Program-made: the position numbers and the translations under genes | Shown here: positions 39,385 through 50,633 of the stretch, piece by piece | How the letters are laid out: each line of letters opens with the position of its first letter | Numbering within the stretch: position 1 is the first letter of the stretch | Assembly (NCBI RefSeq): GCF_036588685.1 | Contig: NC_086374.1 | Location: forward strand, 71,238,001-71,302,000 | Reading direction: 5' to 3' | Source: Mytilus trossulus | Taxonomy: Eukaryota | DNA length: 64,000 nt | Notes under the pieces: model-generated | Databases searched by the model: none | What the model saw: the letters and a program-made list of their open reading frames with translations, nothing else | What the model was told of the DNA's origin: nothing

Positions 39385-39420
39385 AGGTGCTCTAGAAAGG
39401 TAGTCAAATACTGCTATACA

Positions 39421-42400
39421 TATGGAACGCCATAGCTGTCTTATGTGTCTTTTTTTATTGCTTTTCTATTATAAGATGATGCTTTTCTATTATAAGATGG
39501 TGCTTTTCTATTATAAGATGGTGCTTTTCTATTATAAGATGGTGGTTTTCTATTATAAGATGGTGCTTTTCTATTATAAGGTGGTTTTCTATTATAAGAT
39601 GCTTTTCTATTATAAGGTGCTTTTTTATTATAAGGTGGTTTTCTATTATAAGGTGCTTTTCTATTATAAGGTGCTTTTTTATTATAAGGTGGTTTTCTAT
39701 TATAAGGTGCTTTTCTATTATAAGGTGCTTTTCTATTATAAGGTGCTTTTTTATTATAAGATGCTTTTCTATTATAAGGTGCTTTTCTATTATAAGGTGC
39801 TTTTTTATTATGTGATGGTGGTTCCCGTGATTAACCGGGAGTGTGGGGAAGCACTAATGACAGGACGATTGCCCGGATATTGAGAGGACGGTTGACCGGA
39901 CGAGATATAAATAGTCATAACTTTTTTGTTATTCTGTAGATTGGTTTAATATTTGTAGACCTTAAAGATATTAAAATATATTTTATGAAAATCAAAGAAA
40001 ATAAGTGAAAAAAATATTTTTGAGCAACTAAAGTTGACCGGACGGTATTCACACTCGTCGTTATACACTGTACATATATTCAACTTGTTCAATTCAATTT
40101 AAAATATTTTATTGTTCAAATATCAAATGTACATTTAAACAAAGGGATTGGACAAAAGGCAGTGCCTATACAAATCCTTTCCCATACAAGATGGATTGAA
40201 TAACATGCATGATAGTATATAATTTTCTGGTAAGTTAATAGATCATACGTTGTTGCAGTGAGTCAGGGAGGCAGTTCCTCCACTTCTTGAAGTATTTTTT
40301 GTGTATACATTATATACAAATAACTATGTTAACAAAGTTAAAGCAAGACCTACTGAAGGTGATGTCGAATTTTATACCAAAATAATAAGTGTTGGTTAGG
40401 AATCAAGTAGATCATAAAGTGATTTTTACTCAAATTCACAAGCTCACTGCAACAAAGTTGTTCTATTTATATGAATAAAAAGAATTCATTGGCCCTTTTT
40501 TGCAATACATAAATAATTTAGTGTACCATCTTATTACATGACTATTAATTTCTTGATTTTTGATAATATAATTACTAATACAAAAAATAAAATAAAATAT
40601 ATATAAATTTATTTGCAAAAAGATGCTAAACACAATTGGTTGTTTTTTGTGTTAAAAGTTAGGTTTGTCTTTAATTAAGACTAAAGAGTGGTACACTGTG
40701 GTTATAGGCTGGTTTCTAAACAGTATATATCACATGAATTATTATAAAATCTTCCAGTTTCATGAATATATTGTTGTACATATGTAAATATCTCTGTGTT
40801 TTCGTCAATATTTAAGTCTGAGCAACCCTGTAGAAGGACATCAAGATTGACATTTTCAAAGTTACTTATTTTTTGAAAGAGCTCATATCTCTGATAAATG
40901 TAAAAATGGACAAACATAAAAGAAATGAATATTATCTTCTACTGGATCTCCACATGCACACATAGAGCTGTCCGACAAATGATCACAGAAGAGATGATCT
41001 TTTAGATCACTAGCCTCATTTCTTAATTGGCAGTGGATTATATTAACTTTACGTGAACCAGTGGAAAAGAAAACAGGACAAGGACTTATGTCCTCATTTA
41101 GTTTTCTTTTAAATCCTGTGAAGCTTAAAATATTTTTAACTTCTCCATCAAGGGAATTCCACTTTTCAAGAGTATGTGGAATAAAACTGTTTTTATAGGC
41201 TGTGGTTCGACACTGAGGAGTTTTAAATTCCTTTTTTTTTTCTCAGACCATACTGGTCATTAGTGTTTGTATATGACAAGATATCAGCAGCAATATAATT
41301 AGGAATATCTCCAGAAATAGTTTTATGAAGAAACAATAATTTGTTTTTCTGACGTCAACAAGTGTTAATATCTTTGACAATATTTGTCCAAGTAATTCAG
41401 GAATCTGTGAGATTTAAAAACAAATTATACGAAAATATAAACTTATAGTAGAAAAAAATATTTTTCTGCTAAAAAGGTTGACCGGACTAAATTCACATTC
41501 GCCGATGTGTTTAACAGAGACATATATGATACATGAAGAGATTCGCACATCTATAATTGTATTTTAGGTCTTTGGCTTTAAATATATTAACAGGATTTTC
41601 TTTCTTCACAGAAGGTTGACTGTCAGTAAGAAGTATCTGATGATCTTGACTGCCATTATCAGCATACCTCAATCTTAGTAGATTTCGGTGTTTATACAAC
41701 CTTTCTGTTTTGACTGAGGTATTTTTAACTTGGCTGGTATTTTCAACTTGGCTGATGTTTTGTTGTTTTTGGAGACTGAGATTCTAAGGGAAAGGACATT
41801 CAAATAATGTGCCTCCTAAGAGTCCGAGAAGCTCTCGGGATGCACGATTTTGCGTATTTTTTCAAGGTTTCTGGGGGTCTTGAGCGACCGCCAGACCCCT
41901 CACCGAATGATGAATATATTTTGCCTCACTTTTAAATTTAAATATAGTGACAGACTAGTTAGTGACAGTGCAGTATTATACAAGAGTAACTTTGTGTTCG
42001 ATGCCCGTCCTTTATTTTCTATTGTAAAGTGTCTGAACACGACTGAATGCAAGTTTACTCCTTCGATGTTAAAGGTCATATTGGAATACATTGTTGTTGT
42101 TTTTCAAATGATTTGATACCGGCAGATTGGTGGTCTCACTTTAATTTAATCCATGTCAGCTATCTAGTTTTATCTTTAAAAAGAGAGAGAGCCAGTTTTG
42201 TTTTCTTTAATAAAAAGTTCAATTCACTGTAATCTTTGTTTGGATTCTGATTGCCATCTGATTATATAAGTTAATTCAATTAAATGTATTTGATGTCTCA
42301 GATGTGAAAACTTAAATGACATGATTATTTGCTTGATTGGTGATTACGACTGGTGTCAAAATTAGATAGTAATCTAATTAAATACATGTAATAAATATTT

Positions 42401-43057
42401 TATATATCAGCTCAAAGTTTTTATTAATTTATTTTATTTTATTTATTTATTAACGAAATGCACATTTATACCCCTGGGGGTTAATAAAAAAACCACCTTA
42501 TAATAAAAAAGCACCTTATAATAGAAAAGCACCTTATAATAGAAAAGCACCTTATAATAGAAAACCACCTAATAATAAAAAAGCACCTTATAATAGAAAA
42601 GCACCTTATAATAGAAAACCACCTTATAATAAAAAAGCACCTCATAATAGAAAAGCACCTTATAATAGAAAACCACCTTATAATAGAAAACCACCTTATA
42701 ATAAAAAAGCACCTTATAATAGAAAACCACCTTATAATAGAAAACCACCATCTTATAATAGAAAAGCACCATCTTATAATAGAAAAGCACCATCTTATAA
42801 TAGAAAACCATCATCTTATAATAGAAAACCACCATCTTATAATAGAAAAGCACCTTCTTATAATAGAAAAGCACCATCTTATAATAGAAAACCACCATCT
42901 TATAATAGAAAACCACCATCTTATAATAGAAAACCACCATCTTATAATAGAAAACCACCATCTTATAATAGAAAAGCACCATCTTATTATAGAAAAGCAT
43001 CATCTTATAATAGAAAAGCAATAAAAAAGACACATAAGACAGCTATGGCGTTCCATA
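39421..43057. mobile_element. Foldback-type non-autonomous DNA transposon (TATGG termini, 6-bp TSD; IS3EU-like)
   Basis: TATGGAACGCCATAGCTGTCTTATGTGTC / reverse complement ending at 43057; TSD TATACA at 39415-39420 and 43058-43063; arms built of 18/21-bp units GTGSTTTTCTATTATAAG(ATG). Confidence 0.85.
40088..41390 (-). mobile_element. 5'-truncated CR1/L2-type LINE nested in the foldback element
   Basis: ORF2 C-terminal remnant (PHTLEKWNSL; HCQLRNEASDLKDHLF..CACG...ED..HFF..C; YIHETGRF) followed by a 3' UTR with AATAAA and a (TTGAA)n tail. Confidence 0.75.
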
Positions 43058-43063
43058 TATACA

Positions 43064-43400
43064 TGTGGCACCCATCGTGTTACTTATGTTATTACATTTC
43101 CGGTAAATAGTCTAATTCTGTAGGTCACATTCGTAAAAAGGTAAGGATATTGTAGTTACGACATAAGGAACGTATCCGATATCACTGGTTGTTCCATAAC
43201 GGTCAACCAACTCGTGATGGCGTCCGTAAAATTTACGAAGGGATGATTTCAACTTCACCATATGGAACTCATGGTTTAATAGCTTCCTTGTGAGCAGCAA
43301 CCATTTGTCAAGGAAATTATTATAGGATATACAAGCCCGGGAATATCGTATCATTTAGGAGATAGATACAAAAAATGTATATTACGTATGCAGGCGCTGC
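43064..43400 (-). mobile_element. Naiad/Penelope-like 3' fragment (host of the nested insertions)
   Basis: IRYSRAC..Y..FL...LLLTRKLL...LKSSLRKFYGRHHELVDRYG; its 3' UTR continues at 39385-39420 and ~37215-37262. Confidence 0.8.
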
Positions 43401-43578
43401 TAGAATGTTGGAAGTTGTCATGCTATTTCGCAATTACCAAAATTTTATAAAAAAAAAACTCCCATGTTTACATGTTCACTTTAAGATATTGGAAAGACAT
43501 ACCAGAATTTCAACCAAGTTATAACTTTTGTTAATTTCATTGCAAAAGCGGAACGTCAAAAAGTTGTAAACATATAAA

Positions 43579-44058
43579 TACTAGTAAATGAAAGGAATTT
43601 TAGAAGCATCTATCATTTGTCAAATTTATGTCATTTTAGCAGGACCAGTAGATATGGAGCTGGACCAGTATGTTTTCCCGTCCTCTGGTACGGCTGGCCA
43701 GTACGTAAAAAAGCATAAATTCGACCCCTGTTCACTTATTTGCAATTAATTCTATACTAATATTTATCTCAGGGGGTTTTGTCAATCTTGTGTTTTGTAA
43801 TTGGTAATATCGATTTAAATTGCATTCTGACTTATACATTGTACTTTCGTTTTGGTCAATTTCATTCTAAAACACGACCATATTTCCTTTGTATTAAAAA
43901 AGCGTTAGTGTTTTAGAATGAAATTGAAATACGTACTGGCCAGCCGGACCAGTGGACGGAAAAACATACTGGTCCGGCTCCATATCTACTGGTCCTGCTA
44001 AAATGACATTCATTTGACAAATGATAGATGCTCATAAAATTCCTTTTATGTACTAGTA
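43579..44058. repeat. ~129-bp inverted repeat with an inner 19-bp inverted repeat
   Basis: 43579-43707 vs 43930-44058; 43857-43875 vs 43908-43926. Confidence 0.85.
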
Positions 44059-44370
44059 ACTACAATATCCTTCCCTTTTCACGAATGTGACCCACAGAAT
44101 TAGACTATTTACCGTATTTGTAATAACATAAATAACACGACGGGTGCCAGATGTGGAGCAGGATCTGATTACCTTTCTAGAGCACCTGAGATCACCCCGG
44201 GGTTTTTTTTTTGGTGGGGTACGTATAAGTTAGTCTTTAGTTTTCTATATGGTGTCTTGTGAACTATAATATTATTTGTCTGTTTGTCTTTTTATTTTTT
44301 AGCCATGGCGTTGTCAGTTTGTTTTCAATCTATAAGTTTTACTGTCCCCCTGGTATTTTCGCCTTCTTTG
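44056..44370 (+). mobile_element. Plus-strand copy of the Naiad/Penelope-like 3' UTR
   Basis: Collinear with 1339-1640. Confidence 0.8.
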
Positions 44371-44399
44371 GAATGAGACAAAGTGCCACGAAACATTTA

Positions 44400-44647
44400 C
44401 AGCAAAATGCATTGAGTGTGTAGGTAAATGCAATATATTTGACAAGCTTGCTTGCTAGCTGGACCGTGAAGTCGTCAGATAAGGAGTAGTCTGTCTAGTA
44501 CTAAAAAAGCCAGATTAGTTACCTGTTGGACTCGTCTACTCTCAAAGGAGGGTATTATACCTTACCTAATAATGACTTCACGATTCCGTTTAGCAAACAA
44601 GCTATTCATAGATATTACCTTACCTACACACTCAATGTATTGTGCTG
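44400..44647. mobile_element. TA-flanked MITE (Tc1/mariner-like)
   Basis: ta|CAGCAAAATGCATTGAGTGTGTAGGTAA ... TTACCTACACACTCAATGTATTGTGCTG|ta, with long imperfect TIRs. Confidence 0.7.
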
Positions 44648-45425
44648 TAGGTTGTTGGTTTAAAAAAAAATATCTTCATCCGACACCTGTCTTGATAATT
44701 CCAAATATCTTCTAGTACATATTTTGTGTGAAACAGTATATAGATTGATAGATTTGTGCATGTAGTTTTTAAATGATTCCTCGTTTACCTTCTTGTCAAA
44801 ATTTGAATTTACTAGTATATCAAAATGGCTTCGTACTTCTTAACTTGATGCCTAAAGTTTGTTAATGTTTTACTCAAACTCTGTTTACAGATACAAATAA
44901 AAAATAATAATAAAATAAAATCGTGTAAGAGTTCAATGACACTAGTTAAAAATATAATCATTTTCCCCCCAAGGGTTATATTTTTTAATATATTTGCAAG
45001 TTTGCGTATTTCAGACACTTTGATAATTAAAACTGTCTTCATTTAAGTACATGTACTAGTATTTTTTCATAGTATACTGTTGCAAACCTTGACAGTTAAG
45101 TTTACGTTTTGTTGTCTGGCCAACTATGCTTTTGTATTTGAGAAATTAAGCTGTTGCTGTTATTTTTTTCTCTTCGTGATATTTGATGTTTTTATATTTG
45201 CTCATGTACATTTTCAAAATTTTGTTTTTTAGTTTAAAATTTGTAGATACCCTGCATTTTCCTAAAATTAATCATTTATACTAAAAAAAAATATCACTTG
45301 CGCATTTATTTTCATTGATGCTTTATATGAATGTTTATTTTTTTATAAATTGGAATTTTGTAAAGTTAAAGACTTTGTTTCAATGACAGGAAACTATAGC
45401 GTTTGCTAATGGCGCAGAAGACATG

Positions 45426-48079
45426 TCAATTGAAATGGCGGGAGTCAATTGAAATGGCGGGATTATTTTCTGTTAAAGTTTTGACAATTTCAGTGTGTCG
45501 TCCTTTCCAAGCCATTTGCCATGGAAGCATACCATCATTATCCGGAATATCAGGATCCGCCTTATACTCTAAAAGTATGTGAACTATTTCTAAGTGTCCT
45601 TCTCTTGAAGCTACGTATAATGCTGAACGGCCATTATTGTCACGTTTGTTAGCGTCAGCGTTTTTGTCAAGTAAAAATTTAACGATATCTGTGTGTCCCG
45701 CTTTGCATGCTAAAAGTAATGGCGTCTGGCCAGATTTATCTTCTTGTGAAATTCTGAAGTCATGTTTCAGCAAAAGCATCACAGGAGCAATATGACCTGT
45801 ATAACAAGCTATATGCAATGCTGAGTAACCTTTGACGTCATGTAAAACATCAGCGTTTCTTTTTCTCTTAAGCAAAATATCGACCACCTCTGCATGTCCC
45901 CATGCACAAGCTGTATACAAAGGAGATCTTCCAATGGGGTCGCACTGTGTAATGTCGGCATTATTGTCGAGAAGCATTCTAACCACCGACGCATGTCCAC
46001 CTTCACATGCAGTATATAACGGAGAGCGTCCACTTCTATCACATTTTGAAATAGAAGCTTTTTGTTGCAACAACAGCTTTACAACGTTCGTATGGCCCCC
46101 TTCACATGCAAGATGTAAGGGAGCACGCAGATTATGTTCACACTGATGAATGTCGAAGTTTTTTGAAAGAAGCTGTTTGACAACACTTGTATGTCCCTGT
46201 TGACATGCAATATGCAAAGGCGAAAATCCATTGGTTGAACACTTATATACATCGAATGATGACTCGAGTAATGTTTTCACTATTTCTGAATGACCGGCTT
46301 TGCAAGCAACAAAGAATGGAGATCGACCAGCATTATCGCAAAGAAATCCATCATCTTTTCTTGTGAGTAGTAGCTTCAGTATCCTTAAGTGACCCTCTTG
46401 GCACACAATATACAATGGCGTTCGACTAGACATATCACACTTTGAAGAGTTAACATTTTGAGTCAATAAAGTTTTTACTATTTCGTAATGTCCGCCTTCA
46501 CATGCTGCAAATAAAGCGGAATGTCCCATACAAGTACTTAGAGACGTGTCTGCACCTCTTTCGATGAGCAGTTTTGCAACTGGGGAATAGCCTAACATGG
46601 CCGCCACGTGTAAAGCTGATCGCCCAAATTTGTCACAAAGGTTAATGTCACATTGAAAATCTAGAAGCATTTCTACGATGTTTACGTGTCCTTCAAATAC
46701 AGATTCAATTAATGGTAATCGAATACTCCTATAATCATTTTCCTTGTAATTTCGTGCTGATAGTTCTTGTCCTTGCTCTTCAATTTGTCTGAGGAGTTTT
46801 TCAACATCACTTTGTCTGGTTTTGAAATAAGCTATGAATTTTGAGCGATAAATATTATAATGTAGTTGTTGATTATGAAAAGCACTGTATGTTATGCCCC
46901 TCTTTAAATCTTCTATCAGTCTATCGAAATATGTTTCTTCTTCGTCGGAAGAGATAAATATAACATTTTCATCAGACGTAACTGCTTTGCCGTTTTGATC
47001 TTCGATTGTGTCTTCGTCAGACGAGTAATCTTCTAGATCGTCGAATGTATCTTCTTTTATCGACTCAAAGCGAAATCGGTCACCAATAAATGTACTGTCT
47101 GCGTGAGTAATGAAGCATTCTGATAAATGTTGTCCGCAGACAACAGCACCAATATCATATATTTTGTCATGTATCATTCGGTAAGAGTTGTCGGACTTTT
47201 TTATGTAAGTTTTCAAAAGCGAATCCAGGTGTTCTTTAAATTCTTTCCTATTAGATTGAGTCCTTAGATCTACAATGCACTCTCTGCAAATGTCTGAAAT
47301 AACTAAACTAACTTCTTGTGAACTTGACCTTGGTTTTAACCACTCAAATTTAAACCGGTTATTGAATATGATAACCATCACAATGGCACAATATTGAAGC
47401 TTATTAAATTGTTGTATGACTTTAAGGTCTTCCCGAATACCATCAATTGGTTTTGTAAAAAACATTCTTGCATCTACAGTTGGCCTTCTATGGTAAAGTT
47501 TACAAAGCAAAGGGAAAAAATCGTACGTTTCAATTAAGTCTTTGATGTAATTGACAGTACTTTTTGGGAAGTACTTGTCTGCGATTAAAATTCTTTCTTT
47601 CTGAAGAACTGAAAAATCGGTGGACAATAAATTGCATTCATTATTGAACAGTTGCTTAAGTCTTCGAAATTGAGGGTCGTTGTAAATTTGTAAACGGCAG
47701 GAAGCTAACAGTTTTATAGTTCCTTTGGCTAAGATTTTTTCTATTTGGCCTAGATGTGTGTACCACCAATCAACCGTCTGCACATTTACGGTAACTTTTC
47801 CACAAATGTCATCTATAACAAAAACCTGGTGCTTTCTCGGGTCACTGTATCGAATAATGTCTGACAGATCTACCACAAAGGGTATTATTTCATATTTTCT
47901 TTGTTTGTGCATTTGAAGTGCTACGTGATGAATAAGTGCAGATTTGCCATTGCCTGAACTTCCGGTTACGACGATACAGTTGACTGATTCTACAAGCTGT
48001 TGCACGTGATTCGTAGCTCTGGTGACACAATAACGCTCCTCTTCTAGTTCCCAATCTGTGATACATTCTTTAAAGTGTT
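45426..48079 (-). CDS. Last exon of a CARD-CARD-STAND-ankyrin gene: nSTAND3-type P-loop NTPase + helical region + 13 ankyrin repeats
   Basis: Walker A VVTGSSGNGKS, Walker B VFVIDDICG, KLLASCR strand, FPLLCKL motif; 33-aa repeats G.(S/T)PL..AC..GH..IV..LL. Acceptor TTATTTTAG ends at 48080 (phase 1); the ORF-track N-terminus is intron. Confidence 0.92.
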
Positions 48080-48589
48080 CTAAAATAAGAATTAACTGAT
48101 TATTGAATTTTAAAGAAGCAAAACGTGACAGTTTCTGCAATATGAAAAATTGTAAATTGTTCTTACATGTCTTCTTCATAAGACGGAAGCCTGAGTTTTA
48201 AATAATATGATATTTGATACAAAATATAGCCCGTGCACTGTCTACATATATTAGTTCAAAGAAGGATGTACCTCACAAGGAAGTGATTATTAATTGAAAA
48301 ACTGAAATAAATTCAAGTTTTAAAATAGCAAAAAAACTACTCCTTCTTATCGTAGTGGAAAACAATAAGTAGGGGCTAGATGGGGTTTCCTGTGAATAGA
48401 GATAAATGTAAAGAAAGGAGAGAATAAGAGTCAAAAATAAACCTCGTTTGAATCCATATTAAAGCGAGTTCAGTTGCACTTTGAGCTGAAGTCAGGTTGG
48501 GACTGTTCAGTTATTGAAAAGAAAAGAATACCAACATTGAAAGATAAATAATATGAGAGCCAACAAATTCAACCCAATATCGAGTTTAC

Positions 48590-48709
48590 CTCTCATGCTT
48601 GAAAGAATTGGATCTCGCATGGTTTCCACCTCTGACCTCAATCTTTGGTTTTCGGACGACAATGTTTCAACTTGCTTCGACAGTTTTACCATTTGTTGTT
48701 CTGTTTTAT
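48590..48709 (-). CDS. Coiled-coil linker exon (120 bp) of the CARD-CARD-STAND-ankyrin gene
   Basis: TTGTTTTCAG|...AG|GTAAAC, phase 1-1; DKTEQQMVKLSKQVETLSSENQRLRSEVETMRDPILSSMR. Confidence 0.8.
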
Positions 48710-48744
48710 CTGAAAACAAATTAACATATTTATCAAATATATTC

Positions 48745-48935
48745 AATAAAATTGAAAATGAAATAGGGGAATGGGTCACAGAAACAACAACCCGACCATA
48801 AACAGACAACAGAAGAAGGTCACCAACAGGTCTTCAATGCAACGAAAAATTCCCGCACCGGGAGGCGTCCTTCAGCTAGCCCCTAAACATATATATATAT
48901 TAGTTCAGTGATAATGAACGCCATACTAAGCTCCA
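48745..48935 (+). repeat. Intronic interspersed repeat
   Basis: ATAAAATTGAAAATGAAATAGGGGAATGGGTCACAGAAACAACAACCCGACC head, recognised as a common mussel repeat; single copy in this window. Confidence 0.5.
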
Positions 48936-49243
48936 ATATACTTTGAATTATATAAAGTTATAAAAAATACTGACACAAATTTGATAACCCGTTTTTACGC
49001 AAGGATTCCCGAAAATTCAGTTTTGAACCTATAACGGCATATAAAAAAACGCAAAAAACACAGGTTACATATAATTAGCTGATAAATATTCGTTGATGTG
49101 AAAACCAATCAGATAATGAGGCAAAACTATCTTAAAAAATGGAAATATGGAGATGAGGTATGATGCCAATACGACAACTATCCACAAGAGTTCAAATTAC
49201 ACGGATGTAAGCAAGTATAGACCTTCAACAATGTCTTCCTTAC

Positions 49244-49576
49244 CTGAAAACTGTTCAGCAAGTCGTTTTCGTTCTTCCCTGGTGACAACAGTTGTTTCAA
49301 TGTCTTCAGCAATGCTGAGACATTTATCTCCTAGTCTTAATGTGTCTACGAACTGTTGATAGGCCATTTCATCCTTCAACATTAGTATGTCAACTAGTTT
49401 TCGGTTTTGTTCGGTTAATGTTGCTTCAGACCGGATGTCGTCATAATCTGTGAAACTGAGTACGTCTTTTGCCAGCAGAAAATCAAACATGCAATGGAAC
49501 TTCACACTGGCAATCTTTTTATAATTCTTTTGAAGCCTGACCTTATATTCTGGTACCAGATTTTCAAAGTTTGACT
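49244..49576 (-). CDS. Second CARD (death-fold) exon, 333 bp
   Basis: TCTTTACAG|...CAG|GTAAGG, phase 1-1; RLQKNYKKI...MFDFLLAKDVLSFTDYDDIRSEATLTEQNRKLVDILMLKDEMAYQQFVDTL fits the CARD pattern. Confidence 0.85.
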
Positions 49577-50294
49577 CTGTAAAGATATAAGTTCTTAAAA
49601 TTAGTCGTTTTCTTTCAATAAGAAAGCATAACACGATATAAACAAACCAAATAACTAGAAGTGTACACAACACAAGTTTGTAATATAACTGTCATCAGAT
49701 ACGATTGGGACTATAAAACGTGTATATTGTCAAATAAGTTCATCAAAATAAACAAAAGACAAAAAAATCTTAGCAGAACAAGCAAAATCTTATATATTAA
49801 TGGTTGAAATATTATTATTGAAATATGATAGTTGTTTCTAGCTCAAAGGTTAAGTTTTAAAACGTATTAAAATAAGTATGTTCTTTTCCATAACCGACAC
49901 AAGACCACCACATCAGCCCGAGATGTTAGTCGAGTGATGATATGTGTCCAGGGATGATACCCGGGCCGATGTTCAAATGGACGTATGGAATGATATTAAT
50001 CTTTTTATCATAATTTACTGCCCATATGATATACTACTAGGCTGTTAGCCCGATCACGTGACGGCACATAAGGGTTAATATGGATAATCAGCCTGGTGTG
50101 AATTTATGGCTACTTTACTTCCGCTTATCACAAATACGCAAAAACTATCATAGTAATGCTAATTATATGATAAGGTTAGATTATAATCTTCATTTTTGGG
50201 GTTCGAACTTTTCTATTCTTGAAAACTTTCCAAGAGCAAAAATAAGAGTACTATATACTGTGTAAAAGATTACTTTATATCAATAAATTCTAAC

Positions 50295-50633
50295 CTTCTG
50301 GTAAATTCATAGGTGAACTATCAAATTCATCATACGCCATAGCATGTCGGTCAATTTGTTCTAGGAGGTTGCTATAGTGGCTGTTTTCTCTTAGTAAATC
50401 TACGAATACTTCGCATGCTATGTCACCTCGGCTAAGTATCACTTCTAAGAACATTCTGTTCTTCCTGGCTAGAGTAGGCTGAGCATCAATAAAGGCTCTG
50501 TCGTCGACGGTCAAGGCACAGTACGACACCATGTCGTCTAATATGTCGGCCAGATGGAGAGAATTAATTATTGTCTCAGACATTTCCTTTATCCGGGTCT
50601 TATAGTCTATCAAATGACCATCTGCCGTTGCCA
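50295..50633 (-). CDS. First CARD (death-fold) exon, 339 bp; start codon not located
   Basis: CATTCCAG|...AAG|GTTAGA, phase 1-1 (an alternative in-frame acceptor lies 12 nt inside); IINSLHLADILDDMVSYCALTVDDRAFIDAQPTLARKNRMFLEVILSRGDIACEVFVDLLRE. Confidence 0.8.

Noticed and set aside
39422-43033. ORFs of (MVLFYYK)n at 39422-39883 and 42569-43033
   Set aside because: Translations of the 18/21-bp minisatellite arms of a foldback transposon.
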